Below, in pieces: positions 25,269 to 34,867 of a stretch of DNA of 64,000 bases (position 1 is its first letter; each line of letters opens with the position of its first letter). Below the pieces are notes generated by a model that was given only the letters and a program-made list of their open reading frames with translations, searched no databases and was not told the origin of the DNA. A program made the translations under genes and the position numbers. This stretch comes from a phage: assembly GCA_019326865.1 (NCBI GenBank), contig GCA_019326865.1_4101.1. One strand, 5' to 3'.

Positions 25269-25755
25269 TTTTGCAATTAACATTATGAAGTTCATTCGAG
25301 CGTTGGAGGATGGGAAGCTTAGTCATAAGTACAGGAAAGAGGGTAACAATTGGTTCAGAAATGATTCCGAGTTCAGGAGTCATAACATCGTGTATAGCAA
25401 TCAGTACAGTGCTAATTACCTACAAGATGTAGTGATGTGTTTTGAATATGTATTGCAGTTCAGGGGTACAATCCAGAATGAATTAATGGATCACATGTAC
25501 ATCCGATACCTTCCAATGCATAAAGATGAAAATGCATTATTAGGTTCAATATACCAACGAGTAAGGGAAATTGAGTGCAGGGATATATTAGATACAGAAG
25601 AATCGTATTTCCAGCAATCTCTTATTACTGCACCTGATTCATTACAGGCACATAATTTGTTTAATACATTACGTCAGAACATCAGTACAGACATATTTTT
25701 GTCATTATTGGATTATGATACATTTGTCAAAGATTTAGAGGAAATAGGTTTATGA
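25240..25755 (+). CDS. family B paralog, hypothetical
   Basis: famB TEESYFQQSLITAPD; start moved from track 25207 to ATG 25240. Confidence 0.55.
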   Translation: MHQHKHHSYDFAINIMKFIRALEDGKLSHKYRKEGNNWFRNDSEFRSHNIVYSNQYSANYLQDVVMCFEYVLQFRGTIQNELMDHMYIRYLPMHKDENALLGSIYQRVREIECRDILDTEESYFQQSLITAPDSLQAHNLFNTLRQNISTDIFLSLLDYDTFVKDLEEIGL

Positions 25756-26108
25756 GTATATTTTCGGTTTATATAGTAAACGTCCACAACGATGGTAGTT
25801 TAATTGAATTTGATCTAGTTGATAACGATGATAATGCATATGGTATTAAAGTGCAGGGAGATGAAGTGCAGTTCACTACAAGAACAAATTTTGAAAATCC
25901 AGTCCAAGTTCCTAATTTCATAGAAGATGAAGCTGCACGATTCCAATACGAAACGATATACGAGAATGTACATATGCATACTGTTATGCAACAAAGTTTA
26001 GTTCAATTAGTTCCTTTGTTTAAACAAAATATATATGTACATGAATTGTCGATTAATGACGTTCGCAGTTCCGTTTTGTTCGGTTCCAGTGATACCGATG
26101 ATATGTAA
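25752..26108 (+). CDS. family B paralog, hypothetical
   Basis: famB DEAARFQYETIYEN; ATGA-coupled. Confidence 0.55.
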   Translation: MSIFSVYIVNVHNDGSLIEFDLVDNDDNAYGIKVQGDEVQFTTRTNFENPVQVPNFIEDEAARFQYETIYENVHMHTVMQQSLVQLVPLFKQNIYVHELSINDVRSSVLFGSSDTDDM

Positions 26109-26117
26109 GGAAGTGTT

Positions 26118-26666
26118 ATGAGTTTATTAGATACATTAGAAAAAGACCGAAGTGCAATTAAACGATTAAAAAAGCAAATTCAAAAGATTGTATACAACGT
26201 TGATAAGTTTGAGGTTCCTGGGAGAGTAGGTGATATTTCCCATACTGAGATCAAATCCCTTAAGTCAGATTTGTTGTTAAAAAATAAAAATGAGTTGATT
26301 TTAGTTTTGAGTTCAGATATGATGGGGGTAAGATATGGTTTTAATTCAGTATCAGTGCATCCTAAGAGTGAAGGGATATATCTATCACAGGGTTTCAATA
26401 GCAACGAGCAGAAGTGTTTTTACGATGCTGTACATGAACCTTTGAAGTTTACGAGAAGTGAAGCTCAAGCGTTATTAGAGCTATCAGACGAGAGTTTGTT
26501 TCAGTACAGTACAATGTACGACAATGACAAGCTTCGTTGTATGTACGCAGTGAAGCATTATGCACATGAGTTCTCTGGATTTGAATACCTTTTAGTTAGA
26601 ACCAATACAATGTATCTTGATATGTTAGAAGAATACATCGATAAAGTTGTTAATGAGTATCACTAA
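26118..26666 (+). CDS. family B paralog, hypothetical
   Basis: famB SDESLFQYSTMYDND. Confidence 0.6.
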   Translation: MSLLDTLEKDRSAIKRLKKQIQKIVYNVDKFEVPGRVGDISHTEIKSLKSDLLLKNKNELILVLSSDMMGVRYGFNSVSVHPKSEGIYLSQGFNSNEQKCFYDAVHEPLKFTRSEAQALLELSDESLFQYSTMYDNDKLRCMYAVKHYAHEFSGFEYLLVRTNTMYLDMLEEYIDKVVNEYH

Positions 26667-26819
26667 TGAAAGAGTTATTTGAAGATCAGTTCAATACCTA
26701 TGTGGATAATATTCTTTATTCCAATCGTGCCAGTCAACGAGGAAATCGTGCTTACAATATTGATTACCTATTAGTGGTACTGAGTTCACAGTACACACAC
26801 GCTGTACAGAGGATGTATT

Positions 26820-27023
26820 ATGAATAGTTATCACGATATTGCAAAGGAGAAGTTGGAGTGTAGTTTAGATTACGGTTTAAATAATTTTCTTACATGCACA
26901 ATGTACAGGGATGAAGATTATGAACAATCCGTAATTTCGTTGCATAGATATTTCGAAATAATTTACGCAAGATATCTTAGAAGGTTAGACGGGATAGGGG
27001 ATTGGAATTATGATTACGTTTGA
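26820..27023 (+). CDS. hypothetical protein (67 aa)
   Basis: ORF track. Confidence 0.45.
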   Translation: MNSYHDIAKEKLECSLDYGLNNFLTCTMYRDEDYEQSVISLHRYFEIIYARYLRRLDGIGDWNYDYV

Positions 27024-27264
27024 AGAACCTGAAACAATGAGTCCATATACGATGAAAGGTTTTGAATTCATGATGGATTCGATTTTGAAGAGTTCGTGTT
27101 TAGTACACAATCCTGGATGTGCTACAGTGAGGGAATATCAGGACAATGCATTGCATCGTGTAATGAATATGTACAGGAATACGAGCCGTAAGCTTTGTGC
27201 GATTAAAAGGATTAAAGAAATCAAGGCTTCTAAGATGAATAAAATCAATCCGTGTGATTTTTGA
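27010..27264 (+). CDS. hypothetical protein (84 aa)
   Basis: ORF track. Confidence 0.45.
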   Translation: MITFEEPETMSPYTMKGFEFMMDSILKSSCLVHNPGCATVREYQDNALHRVMNMYRNTSRKLCAIKRIKEIKASKMNKINPCDF

Positions 27265-27300
27265 AATCTTCGTATTCATATATCATAAGGTTTAATAAAA

Positions 27301-28029
27301 ATGAAATATAAAGAATTTTGTATAAAAACATGGATGTACACTGGTGAATTGCTTACGTGCTGTAATTTGTACAAGCGTGATGTAAACTTCACAAAGGACA
27401 AAGTTATCAAGTATGAAAATTCTCAATTTTATTTGATGGATTTTAGTACTGGGTTTCATGGTAAATCAACCGAGATGCTGGATTATACATTAATGGATGA
27501 GGCGGCACTATTTCAAGAATCATTAGTATTTGATAAGAAGTACATCTGTACATTAGAAGAGATGATTGAAATTCAGAATAAAATTAAATGTGTTCACAGG
27601 GAATGTATTGATAAATGGTGTAAAACTGGTGAAACTGATTTTAGTAATCATTTTAATTTAGGAGAAAGAGTGATGGAATTTGATTTTTTAATATCAGTGC
27701 ATACATTCAAGAATACACATCAGTACTTTTGTAATTTAAACAAAGGTGATTTAATGCACAGTGCGAATGAGTATATTCATTTTATGGATGGTAAATTCAC
27801 ATTCATTGATTACAGTTCATTACAATATCCACATCAAGATATGCCGGACTATACAATAATGAATGAGGCTGAACTATTTCAAGCTTCATTAGTATTTGAC
27901 AAGAAGTACATCTGTACATTTGAAGAAGTAATTACTATACAAAATGAAATGAAGGAGTATGCATCTTTGAATAAACCCAATGAAGGTATTAATCAAGAAT
28001 ACAAATTCAATATAGAGATTCCAAAATGA
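27301..28029 (+). CDS. family B paralog with internal tandem duplication
   Basis: two motif copies: DEAALFQESLVFDKKYICTLEEM and NEAELFQASLVFDKKYICTFEEV. Confidence 0.6.
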   Translation: MKYKEFCIKTWMYTGELLTCCNLYKRDVNFTKDKVIKYENSQFYLMDFSTGFHGKSTEMLDYTLMDEAALFQESLVFDKKYICTLEEMIEIQNKIKCVHRECIDKWCKTGETDFSNHFNLGERVMEFDFLISVHTFKNTHQYFCNLNKGDLMHSANEYIHFMDGKFTFIDYSSLQYPHQDMPDYTIMNEAELFQASLVFDKKYICTFEEVITIQNEMKEYASLNKPNEGINQEYKFNIEIPK

Positions 28030-28385
28030 CATATGATTATTCTATGTACTATTATAAGTTACCTAAAGGATGGGACTTGTGCTGTAATCTTATTAAGGGA
28101 GACTCGGAACATGAGTTGAATTTATATATGCACTACAAAGATTCTTGTTTTAAATTTATTCATGTATCACATGATGACTATGACTATGAATCTGAGAGTC
28201 TTATAGATTATACAGTACTGGACGATGGCGAACTATTTCAGGAAGCATTAGTGTTTGATAAGAATAAGTACTCCTGTACATTTGAAGAAATGGTTTCTTT
28301 GCAAACTGAAATGAAGAGATTTGAAAAAGAAAACGTATTTAATCCATCCCCATCAAGAACGAATAATTATTATTTCAATATATGA
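28026..28385 (+). CDS. family B paralog, hypothetical
   Basis: famB DDGELFQEALVFDKNKYSCTFEEM; ATGA-coupled; third copy of the unit in 27301..28029. Confidence 0.6.
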   Translation: MTYDYSMYYYKLPKGWDLCCNLIKGDSEHELNLYMHYKDSCFKFIHVSHDDYDYESESLIDYTVLDDGELFQEALVFDKNKYSCTFEEMVSLQTEMKRFEKENVFNPSPSRTNNYYFNI

Positions 28386-28394
28386 GATTATAAA

Positions 28395-28877
28395 ATGACA
28401 TTACAGAGTTCATTGGAAAAAGCAAAGAAGATTCATGAGTACATGAATATGGCAAAAGAAGGTTCAGTTTACGGTGTTTTCAAAGACACAAGTACTCAAT
28501 ATTATGTGCCGGATAACCTCCTTTATAATGACTACTCAGATACAGAAACGTGCGTACTGGATACCGACCCTAAAGATTATGAATGTTTCATTGATATGCA
28601 TTATGAGTACATGGTCTATATTAATGATGCAGATATTACCATATACAGTACTGACTGCGATTCTGATGACATTATAATTCCTAGTGAAGTTCTGAATGGC
28701 CCGTGGGATAGTGAAGAGTATTACTTCCAACAAAGTACTGTATACAATGAAGAAGTACTTGATGTTATTATAATTATGTGGTACTTTAAAAATATTGGTT
28801 CTGATAACTTCTATTTCGATTACAGATACGTAAAGAAAGCTATAGATAACGATATTAATAAACCACACGGGGGTTGA
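28395..28877 (+). CDS. family B paralog (WYFK subgroup)
   Basis: famB DSEEYYFQQSTVYNEE...WYFKN; N-terminus MTLQSSLEKAKK. Confidence 0.65.
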   Translation: MTLQSSLEKAKKIHEYMNMAKEGSVYGVFKDTSTQYYVPDNLLYNDYSDTETCVLDTDPKDYECFIDMHYEYMVYINDADITIYSTDCDSDDIIIPSEVLNGPWDSEEYYFQQSTVYNEEVLDVIIIMWYFKNIGSDNFYFDYRYVKKAIDNDINKPHGG

Positions 28878-28878
28878 A

Positions 28879-29349
28879 ATGAGTTTAGAAAGAGCATTAG
28901 AGATTGCGAAGTTAATTGATTTATGCAGCAAAGAAATTGTATCAAATTGTCTCAATGGATATCTATTCAAGGAAGGTAAATCATATTGTCGAATGAGATA
29001 CGATGACAGTAGTGAGTATATTCACATGTATGAAGAAGACCTTGATGATTCCGAAATAACACTGAATGGGTGTGATGTTAATCTGGAAGATAATTACATT
29101 TACTTCAGTCGTGGTGCTGATATTTTAATACAAGAAACATCAATTCAACATGTGAATCCAGATGTATATCTTCCATATTCAGTACTGGATAATGACTGGG
29201 GAAGTGAAGAGGTTTACTTTCAGCATAATACTATCTACGATGAAGATGTGCTTGACAAGCTTGTCATTCTGTGGTACTTTAAGAACACTGATACTCCCAA
29301 CTTCTATATGGATTTGGATCTACTACGAGTTATAAAAGAGGATATATGA
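28879..29349 (+). CDS. family B paralog (WYFK subgroup)
   Basis: famB GSEEVYFQHNTIYDED...WYFKN. Confidence 0.65.
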   Translation: MSLERALEIAKLIDLCSKEIVSNCLNGYLFKEGKSYCRMRYDDSSEYIHMYEEDLDDSEITLNGCDVNLEDNYIYFSRGADILIQETSIQHVNPDVYLPYSVLDNDWGSEEVYFQHNTIYDEDVLDKLVILWYFKNTDTPNFYMDLDLLRVIKEDI

Positions 29350-29789
29350 GTTTAGCAAGTGCACTTAAACTGGCACACAAAATACATCACTTCCACGATA
29401 ACATAAAAAGTGGGTTCAATGGTGATAAAGTAAGTGCATTGGGTAATGAGTATTATCTATCAGGTATAAAGACATACTCTGATGATATTTTACTTATGGG
29501 ACATGATAAAGACAATACTATACAGTACTCTTCATGTAGTCAATATACTAGTTTTATGGTATATATTCCAGGTACTAAGATTACGTTTGACACATCAAAT
29601 TCACCTGTTGACTTCGGGGTACTTGATGGCCCGTGGGGTACTGAAGAGTATTACTTCCAACAGAGTCTTATTTTCAACCAAGAAATTCTTGATTCCTTGG
29701 TTGTTTTGTGGTACTTTAAGGAATTGAATTTTGAACCATTCTTTCTTGACTGGGGAGCATGTGAGTATTTAAGTACAGGGGATTTGTAA
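29346..29789 (+). CDS. family B paralog (WYFK subgroup)
   Basis: famB GTEEYYFQQSLIFNQE...WYFKE; ATGA-coupled. Confidence 0.65.
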   Translation: MSLASALKLAHKIHHFHDNIKSGFNGDKVSALGNEYYLSGIKTYSDDILLMGHDKDNTIQYSSCSQYTSFMVYIPGTKITFDTSNSPVDFGVLDGPWGTEEYYFQQSLIFNQEILDSLVVLWYFKELNFEPFFLDWGACEYLSTGDL

Positions 29790-30277
29790 TGTCGTTACAA
29801 AGTGCATTAAAAGAAGCAAAGAAAATCCATGAGTACATGATTATGGTACAAGAAGGTTCAGTCCCAGGTGTGTATAAAACATCTGATACTGAATTTTTTG
29901 TAAAAGACCGTGACGATTATGATGAGTCAGAGATATGTGCAGAAACGTTAGTACTGCACACTGATACTGGTGATAGTGATAACTGTGAATATCATATGTA
30001 CAATCAATACATTAGTTATTGCCGTAATGAAGATATTACCATCTACAACACAGATATTGATGCTGATGACACTATCATTCCGTATTCAGTACTGGAAGGT
30101 CCGTGGGATAGTGAAGAGTATTACTTTCAGAATAGTACTATCTACAATGAAGAAGAACTGGATGTTATTGTGATTATGTGGTACTTTAAAAGTATTGACT
30201 CCAGTAGTTTCTATTTTGATTATGAATATGTAGAGAATACAGTAGGAGAAGGTAATGTCATTACAAAGTGCTCTTGA
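29789..30277 (+). CDS. family B paralog (WYFK subgroup)
   Basis: famB DSEEYYFQNSTIYNEE...WYFKS. Confidence 0.65.
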   Translation: MSLQSALKEAKKIHEYMIMVQEGSVPGVYKTSDTEFFVKDRDDYDESEICAETLVLHTDTGDSDNCEYHMYNQYISYCRNEDITIYNTDIDADDTIIPYSVLEGPWDSEEYYFQNSTIYNEEELDVIVIMWYFKSIDSSSFYFDYEYVENTVGEGNVITKCS

Positions 30278-30701
30278 AAAAGCAAAAGAACTACATGGAT
30301 ACTTTGAAGATATAAAGGCAGGAAAGTTCAAAGAAGTATACAAAGCCGAGAACGGTAACTACTACAAAGATGAAATATATAATAATTCCGTTGGTGTAAG
30401 GGTTATTCTTGGGTTGAATTCCAATAGTCCTGTGTCGTTTTCTGAATACAATAGAGATGCAGAATTCATTAGTTATGTTGAAAATGGTAGCATTCGTTTT
30501 ATTAATAGACAAAAACCATTAATTTTGAATTATGAAGTTCTGGATGGTCAATGGGATAATGAAGAGTATTACTTCCAAAACAGTACTGTATACGACGATG
30601 AAGTACTTGAAGCATTAGTTATTATGTGGTACTTCAAGAGTATTAACTGTCCTCGATTTTATTTGGATTTCGAAGAACTTGGTAAAGATCCAGAGGTATA
30701 G
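30255..30701 (+). CDS. family B paralog (WYFK subgroup)
   Basis: famB DNEEYYFQNSTVYDDE...WYFKS; SD AGGAGAAGG. Confidence 0.65.
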   Translation: MSLQSALEKAKELHGYFEDIKAGKFKEVYKAENGNYYKDEIYNNSVGVRVILGLNSNSPVSFSEYNRDAEFISYVENGSIRFINRQKPLILNYEVLDGQWDNEEYYFQNSTVYDDEVLEALVIMWYFKSINCPRFYLDFEELGKDPEV

Positions 30702-31017
30702 AATGAAAAACTTATTCAGTGTTCAGTACGTTCCAGGTGAAATTAGTTTATTGTATCTCTTTGACCATGATAATTCATTATTACTAGTAGTAAAGAAATG
30801 TCAAGCTAGTTCGTTTGTTGAATACATTCACGATAATGAATATATACCTGATTTTTTAGAGTGCGATTATTACGATGATCATGAATCATTTATTTTTCAG
30901 GAATCGCTAGTATGGGACAAATCGATTAACTTCTTTACGTTAATTGAATTACAAAAGCAAGTGAAGTATCATTGGGATTATTTAATTACACAGGATTACA
31001 TTGAGATAGAAATATAA
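30679..31017 (+). CDS. family B paralog, hypothetical
   Basis: famB DHESFIFQESLVWDKS. Confidence 0.55.
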   Translation: MVKIQRYRMKNLFSVQYVPGEISLLYLFDHDNSLLLVVKKCQASSFVEYIHDNEYIPDFLECDYYDDHESFIFQESLVWDKSINFFTLIELQKQVKYHWDYLITQDYIEIEI

Positions 31018-31325
31018 TGACTAAAAATGAATTTGATTCACTTTGTACTGTTTATAATTCATTAACAGAAATACCTAACTTTATTAGTTATATTTCAGCT
31101 TTAAATCACATTATGCATAGTTTTGAACAATCGTTTGAGGAGAAATATGCTGGAAGAAAAGTTCTATGTCATATGCCAATGTACTTAGGAGATGGTGAGC
31201 CTTACACTACAAGTACTACATGTGAAATAAAAAAATATAATATATTATTGGGTACTATAGAATTCACAGTATCCAATGGCGGTAGTTATATGTACTTTAG
31301 AGATGGAGTGGTTGAATTATTATGA
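31017..31325 (+). CDS. hypothetical protein (102 aa)
   Basis: ORF track; no family motif. Confidence 0.5.
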   Translation: MTKNEFDSLCTVYNSLTEIPNFISYISALNHIMHSFEQSFEEKYAGRKVLCHMPMYLGDGEPYTTSTTCEIKKYNILLGTIEFTVSNGGSYMYFRDGVVELL

Positions 31326-31771
31326 GTTACGAAAGTGCAATCAAGAAAGCAAATGATATTCTACGCGTCGTTCAATTCTTCAAAGAAAATCCTGAATACG
31401 TAGATGATAAAAACCAAGAGCACGATGAGAGATTGAGACGAAAAATTATCTCTTTATTTGACACTAATAAAGATAATTGGAGTCTAATTGAGTTAGCATA
31501 CGATTATATTTCATTGAACCGAAATGATGATGTAGTTAAGATAGAAAGGCATGAATCAGAAGAATCTTTTAAAATTTCAGATATTTTATCCCTGAGTACT
31601 GAAGAAGGGTACTTCCAGGGTAGCACTCTTTATAATGAAGAAACACTTGACAATCTATGCACATTCAGTGTAATATATCAGAAATCTGTACTAGATATAT
31701 TTTATCTTGACACTGCTGAACTGCATACCCTAACCAATTTTGTTACTACCGAAGAGGCTACATTCGAGTGA
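31322..31771 (+). CDS. family B paralog, hypothetical
   Basis: famB STEEGYFQGSTLYNEE; ATGA-coupled. Confidence 0.6.
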   Translation: MSYESAIKKANDILRVVQFFKENPEYVDDKNQEHDERLRRKIISLFDTNKDNWSLIELAYDYISLNRNDDVVKIERHESEESFKISDILSLSTEEGYFQGSTLYNEETLDNLCTFSVIYQKSVLDIFYLDTAELHTLTNFVTTEEATFE

Positions 31772-32304
31772 TGAAAGTTAACATTAATGACTTTGATGCA
31801 TTACAAGATTTATCAAAAAAGATTCGCACCATCGTACCAGTACTTAAAAAATGCAGTACTGGTTTAATCGATCCTAGTTCTGTTGTCAATGAGAAGTACA
31901 ATTTTCATCGTGTATTACAGGGGACAGGTGCATTTCAGAAGTGTGAGGTACGTGAGAAACATGTAATTGATACATCGTTGTTTTCTATTGGTGCACCTGT
32001 GTCAAACAATACTATTTTCCTGGATGCATCTGGAAATATTCAACAATTAACATTTAAGAAAAGGAAAAAGAATAATAACATTGGTGTGTACGCGATGAAG
32101 TGGGGACAGCCAGCGTTGATGCGTGACATTCACATTCCTAAGTACAATTTCAATGCATTTGAAGAACAGTGTTTTCAACTTTCTTGTACTGACCCTGACT
32201 ATGCTATCATTCAATTCTATATGGAATTGCAGATTGCATTTAATAGTAATTTGTATATTAACTTATTGGCAATGAACATAGATGAAGTATTCAAAAACAT
32301 TTAA
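31768..32304 (+). CDS. family B paralog, hypothetical
   Basis: famB AFEEQCFQLSCTDPD; ATGA-coupled. Confidence 0.55.
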   Translation: MMKVNINDFDALQDLSKKIRTIVPVLKKCSTGLIDPSSVVNEKYNFHRVLQGTGAFQKCEVREKHVIDTSLFSIGAPVSNNTIFLDASGNIQQLTFKKRKKNNNIGVYAMKWGQPALMRDIHIPKYNFNAFEEQCFQLSCTDPDYAIIQFYMELQIAFNSNLYINLLAMNIDEVFKNI

Positions 32305-32500
32305 TCGAATTGAATACATGAGAACTGTGAGAGCGGTGTGGAATATATGGTACACTACTAAACCAAAAATGGATTACCATGATTTTAAGCTCTTGTTCTT
32401 TGTTGGCTCTAACAAACAGGATGTTGCAATGAAGGGTTATATTCAGCACTTACAGGAACTAATCCAGAAGAGAATATATGAAAATAATAGACCAAAATGA
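32282..32500 (+). CDS. family A paralog, hypothetical
   Basis: famA-like VGSNKQDVAM; stray copy inside family B array. Confidence 0.5.
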   Translation: MKYSKTFNRIEYMRTVRAVWNIWYTTKPKMDYHDFKLLFFVGSNKQDVAMKGYIQHLQELIQKRIYENNRPK

Positions 32501-32669
32501 CATTGCTAAACTATTCAATATATATTCTACTAGAATGATGCAAACAGATTCATATAGTACTAAATTCAAAGAGTTGAAAGTACTGATGTACTTGGGAACA
32601 CAATATCAGGAACAAGTTATTTTAGAATATATTAATTCATTAAAGAAGGATATCCGTGATGTACGATGA
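32478..32669 (+). CDS. family A paralog, hypothetical
   Basis: famA LGTQYQEQVI. Confidence 0.55.
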   Translation: MKIIDQNDIAKLFNIYSTRMMQTDSYSTKFKELKVLMYLGTQYQEQVILEYINSLKKDIRDVR

Positions 32670-33219
32670 TTTAGATCTTGCGTTTGAACGCATGAAAATT
32701 TTAATGCAATGCAATGAAATGCATGAGACAATCCGTCGCACCAAAGGGATTGAATATACAAGTAAACTATTCTCATACGAAAGTCGTCGAGGGATGGATC
32801 ATTTTTACTGCACTGATTGTTCAAAGTTTTCAGTACTGAAATATTATCATCCTACTGTTTCCAATAATAGTTTAATATCCACATATGACGGTGATCTGTT
32901 TAGTGTAATGTATGACACATTACATCCATCAATTTCAATATATAAAGATTGCGATAGTAGTCTATCGTATATAATTGAAGATTACTTATCTCCTAATACT
33001 GAAGAGAATATATTTCAAAACAGTGTATTGCATGATGAATTAAGTATAAAATGCATCTATATGTTCAATAAGTTAAAAGAATACGTTGATAATAATTACT
33101 TAATTGATGAGTTAGCTGTGTTTTCGGTTTCAGTTTTCAATACAAATGATGTTGATATGAAATACTATAATGAAATTTGTAAAGTACATAACATGTATAA
33201 GGAACTCTTATGCTACTAA
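32656..33219 (+). CDS. family B paralog, hypothetical
   Basis: famB TEENIFQNSVLHDE. Confidence 0.55.
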   Translation: MMYDDLDLAFERMKILMQCNEMHETIRRTKGIEYTSKLFSYESRRGMDHFYCTDCSKFSVLKYYHPTVSNNSLISTYDGDLFSVMYDTLHPSISIYKDCDSSLSYIIEDYLSPNTEENIFQNSVLHDELSIKCIYMFNKLKEYVDNNYLIDELAVFSVSVFNTNDVDMKYYNEICKVHNMYKELLCY

Positions 33220-33812
33220 ATGCCAATAAATGTTGTAGTGCAGATGTGCATTTGTTTTTTAAGAAATTGGCAAATGATATTATATATATGCAGGAAATGA
33301 TTTACCACAAACGAACAGATTTAGAAAAAGCATTAGTACAGTTCTCCTTTATGCTTGATGGTGATATATTTCTACATGGTGATACATTGCGAACAGTACT
33401 GGACGGAAATTCAAATAGAAGTTTCATTTGTACAAATAATAAATTTTCTTCCACGATGTGCCGTACTTTTTATAATCCTGATTCGGACTTATATCAAGTG
33501 TCGTATTCTAAAGGTGCAGTTGAATCATCATATTGTGATAGTTCAGCTTTAGGTAAAAGTCGTCCATATATGCAATCATTTGAAATTGAACTCATCAGTA
33601 CTGATGAAGATGCAATGTTCACAAATGATATAACGATGGATCGTGAATCTGCAATGATATATATTACAAATTCTATGCATACATTCTTTCAACGATTAGA
33701 ATTTGATAATGTATATATATCAAATGTAAATATTTTCAATGATCTGTGTCAGTACTTGAAAAGTGTTTGTGATTTTGATGAAAGCTATTGTAAGCTTTAT
33801 ACTGAGGTATAA
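33210..33812 (+). CDS. hypothetical protein (200 aa), possible degenerate family B
   Basis: ORF track; weak motif TDEDAMFTNDITMD. Confidence 0.5.
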   Translation: MLLNANKCCSADVHLFFKKLANDIIYMQEMIYHKRTDLEKALVQFSFMLDGDIFLHGDTLRTVLDGNSNRSFICTNNKFSSTMCRTFYNPDSDLYQVSYSKGAVESSYCDSSALGKSRPYMQSFEIELISTDEDAMFTNDITMDRESAMIYITNSMHTFFQRLEFDNVYISNVNIFNDLCQYLKSVCDFDESYCKLYTEV

Positions 33813-33817
33813 AACAA

Positions 33818-34180
33818 ATGAACACATTAAGTATTACATACTATACAACTAAAAAATTAGTTACTTGTTTAATATCATTGAAGTCAAAAAATGATGATAT
33901 GTTTGATATGGCTGCATATGAATTAGAATTATCAGAAGATGGTTTCAAGATCTATGAAGTATATAGCTATGTTCGTGAAGATGTAATTGACACTACACTA
34001 ATGCAAGAGGATGAGTTATTCCAAGAAAGTTTAGTATGGGATAATAAGTACGATTGTAACTTTGATTTCTTATGTTTAATCCAAAAAGAAATGAAAAGAA
34101 TCTTTGATAATTATCCAATCAAACGTTTCAGTACTGCACCTGAGCAATATAAAAGGATTATATTCACCTATGAAGATTGA
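33818..34180 (+). CDS. family B paralog, hypothetical
   Basis: famB QEDELFQESLVWDNKYDCNFD. Confidence 0.6.
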   Translation: MNTLSITYYTTKKLVTCLISLKSKNDDMFDMAAYELELSEDGFKIYEVYSYVREDVIDTTLMQEDELFQESLVWDNKYDCNFDFLCLIQKEMKRIFDNYPIKRFSTAPEQYKRIIFTYED

Positions 34181-34547
34181 ATTTGAAGTTATTACATATA
34201 GTATAGGTGATGGTATCCGTTGCTACGTACAAGCAAGGCATATTGTTCCTGATGATAAACTGTCACCCAAAAGTTTCCTTATTACACAAGAACTCTTAGA
34301 TATTAACAGAGAGAACAAGTATACATATTATCTCACTAAGGGTTATTGTGGTTCGCGTGGTTTTAATATTGTAGCTGTTTCTAGAGATGAAATTGATGAT
34401 TTAACTGAGTACGGTGAAGAAGAGATGTTCCAGTACAGTACTGTTTTTAATGATCTGGATGTGTTTCTGTTACGAAAAATACAACACATTATGCAAGAAT
34501 GTTTGCATCATAAGAGAGGTATTGTATGCGACGTGAAATTGAATTAG
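34170..34547 (+). CDS. family B paralog, hypothetical
   Basis: famB GEEEMFQYSTVFND; start moved from track 34104 to ATG 34170. Confidence 0.55.
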   Translation: MKIEFEVITYSIGDGIRCYVQARHIVPDDKLSPKSFLITQELLDINRENKYTYYLTKGYCGSRGFNIVAVSRDEIDDLTEYGEEEMFQYSTVFNDLDVFLLRKIQHIMQECLHHKRGIVCDVKLN

Positions 34548-34867
34548 TTAAAGTAATGTACGCTACTCATATTAAACTACTACTTGTGAAATTTGATTAT
34601 AATAAAAAACATAATGATTTCTATACGTTGATTCGTGATGAAAATTCATTCTCCTTGCGATGCAACAATATACAGTGGACGATAAATGATTTTTCTTCAC
34701 TTGACGAAGGTGAATTATTTCAAGAATCATTAGTTCTTAATAGTAATATAAAAATTGATATAGAAGCTATTAAAAAATACCAGATTTTATTAAACAAAAT
34801 TATGAATTGTTATCCATGTGAAATAGGCGGTAATATGCAGTTCAAATCAAAAATGTATGAATTATGA
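34526..34867 (+). CDS. family B paralog, hypothetical
   Basis: famB LDEGELFQESLVLNS. Confidence 0.55.
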   Translation: MRREIELVKVMYATHIKLLLVKFDYNKKHNDFYTLIRDENSFSLRCNNIQWTINDFSSLDEGELFQESLVLNSNIKIDIEAIKKYQILLNKIMNCYPCEIGGNMQFKSKMYEL

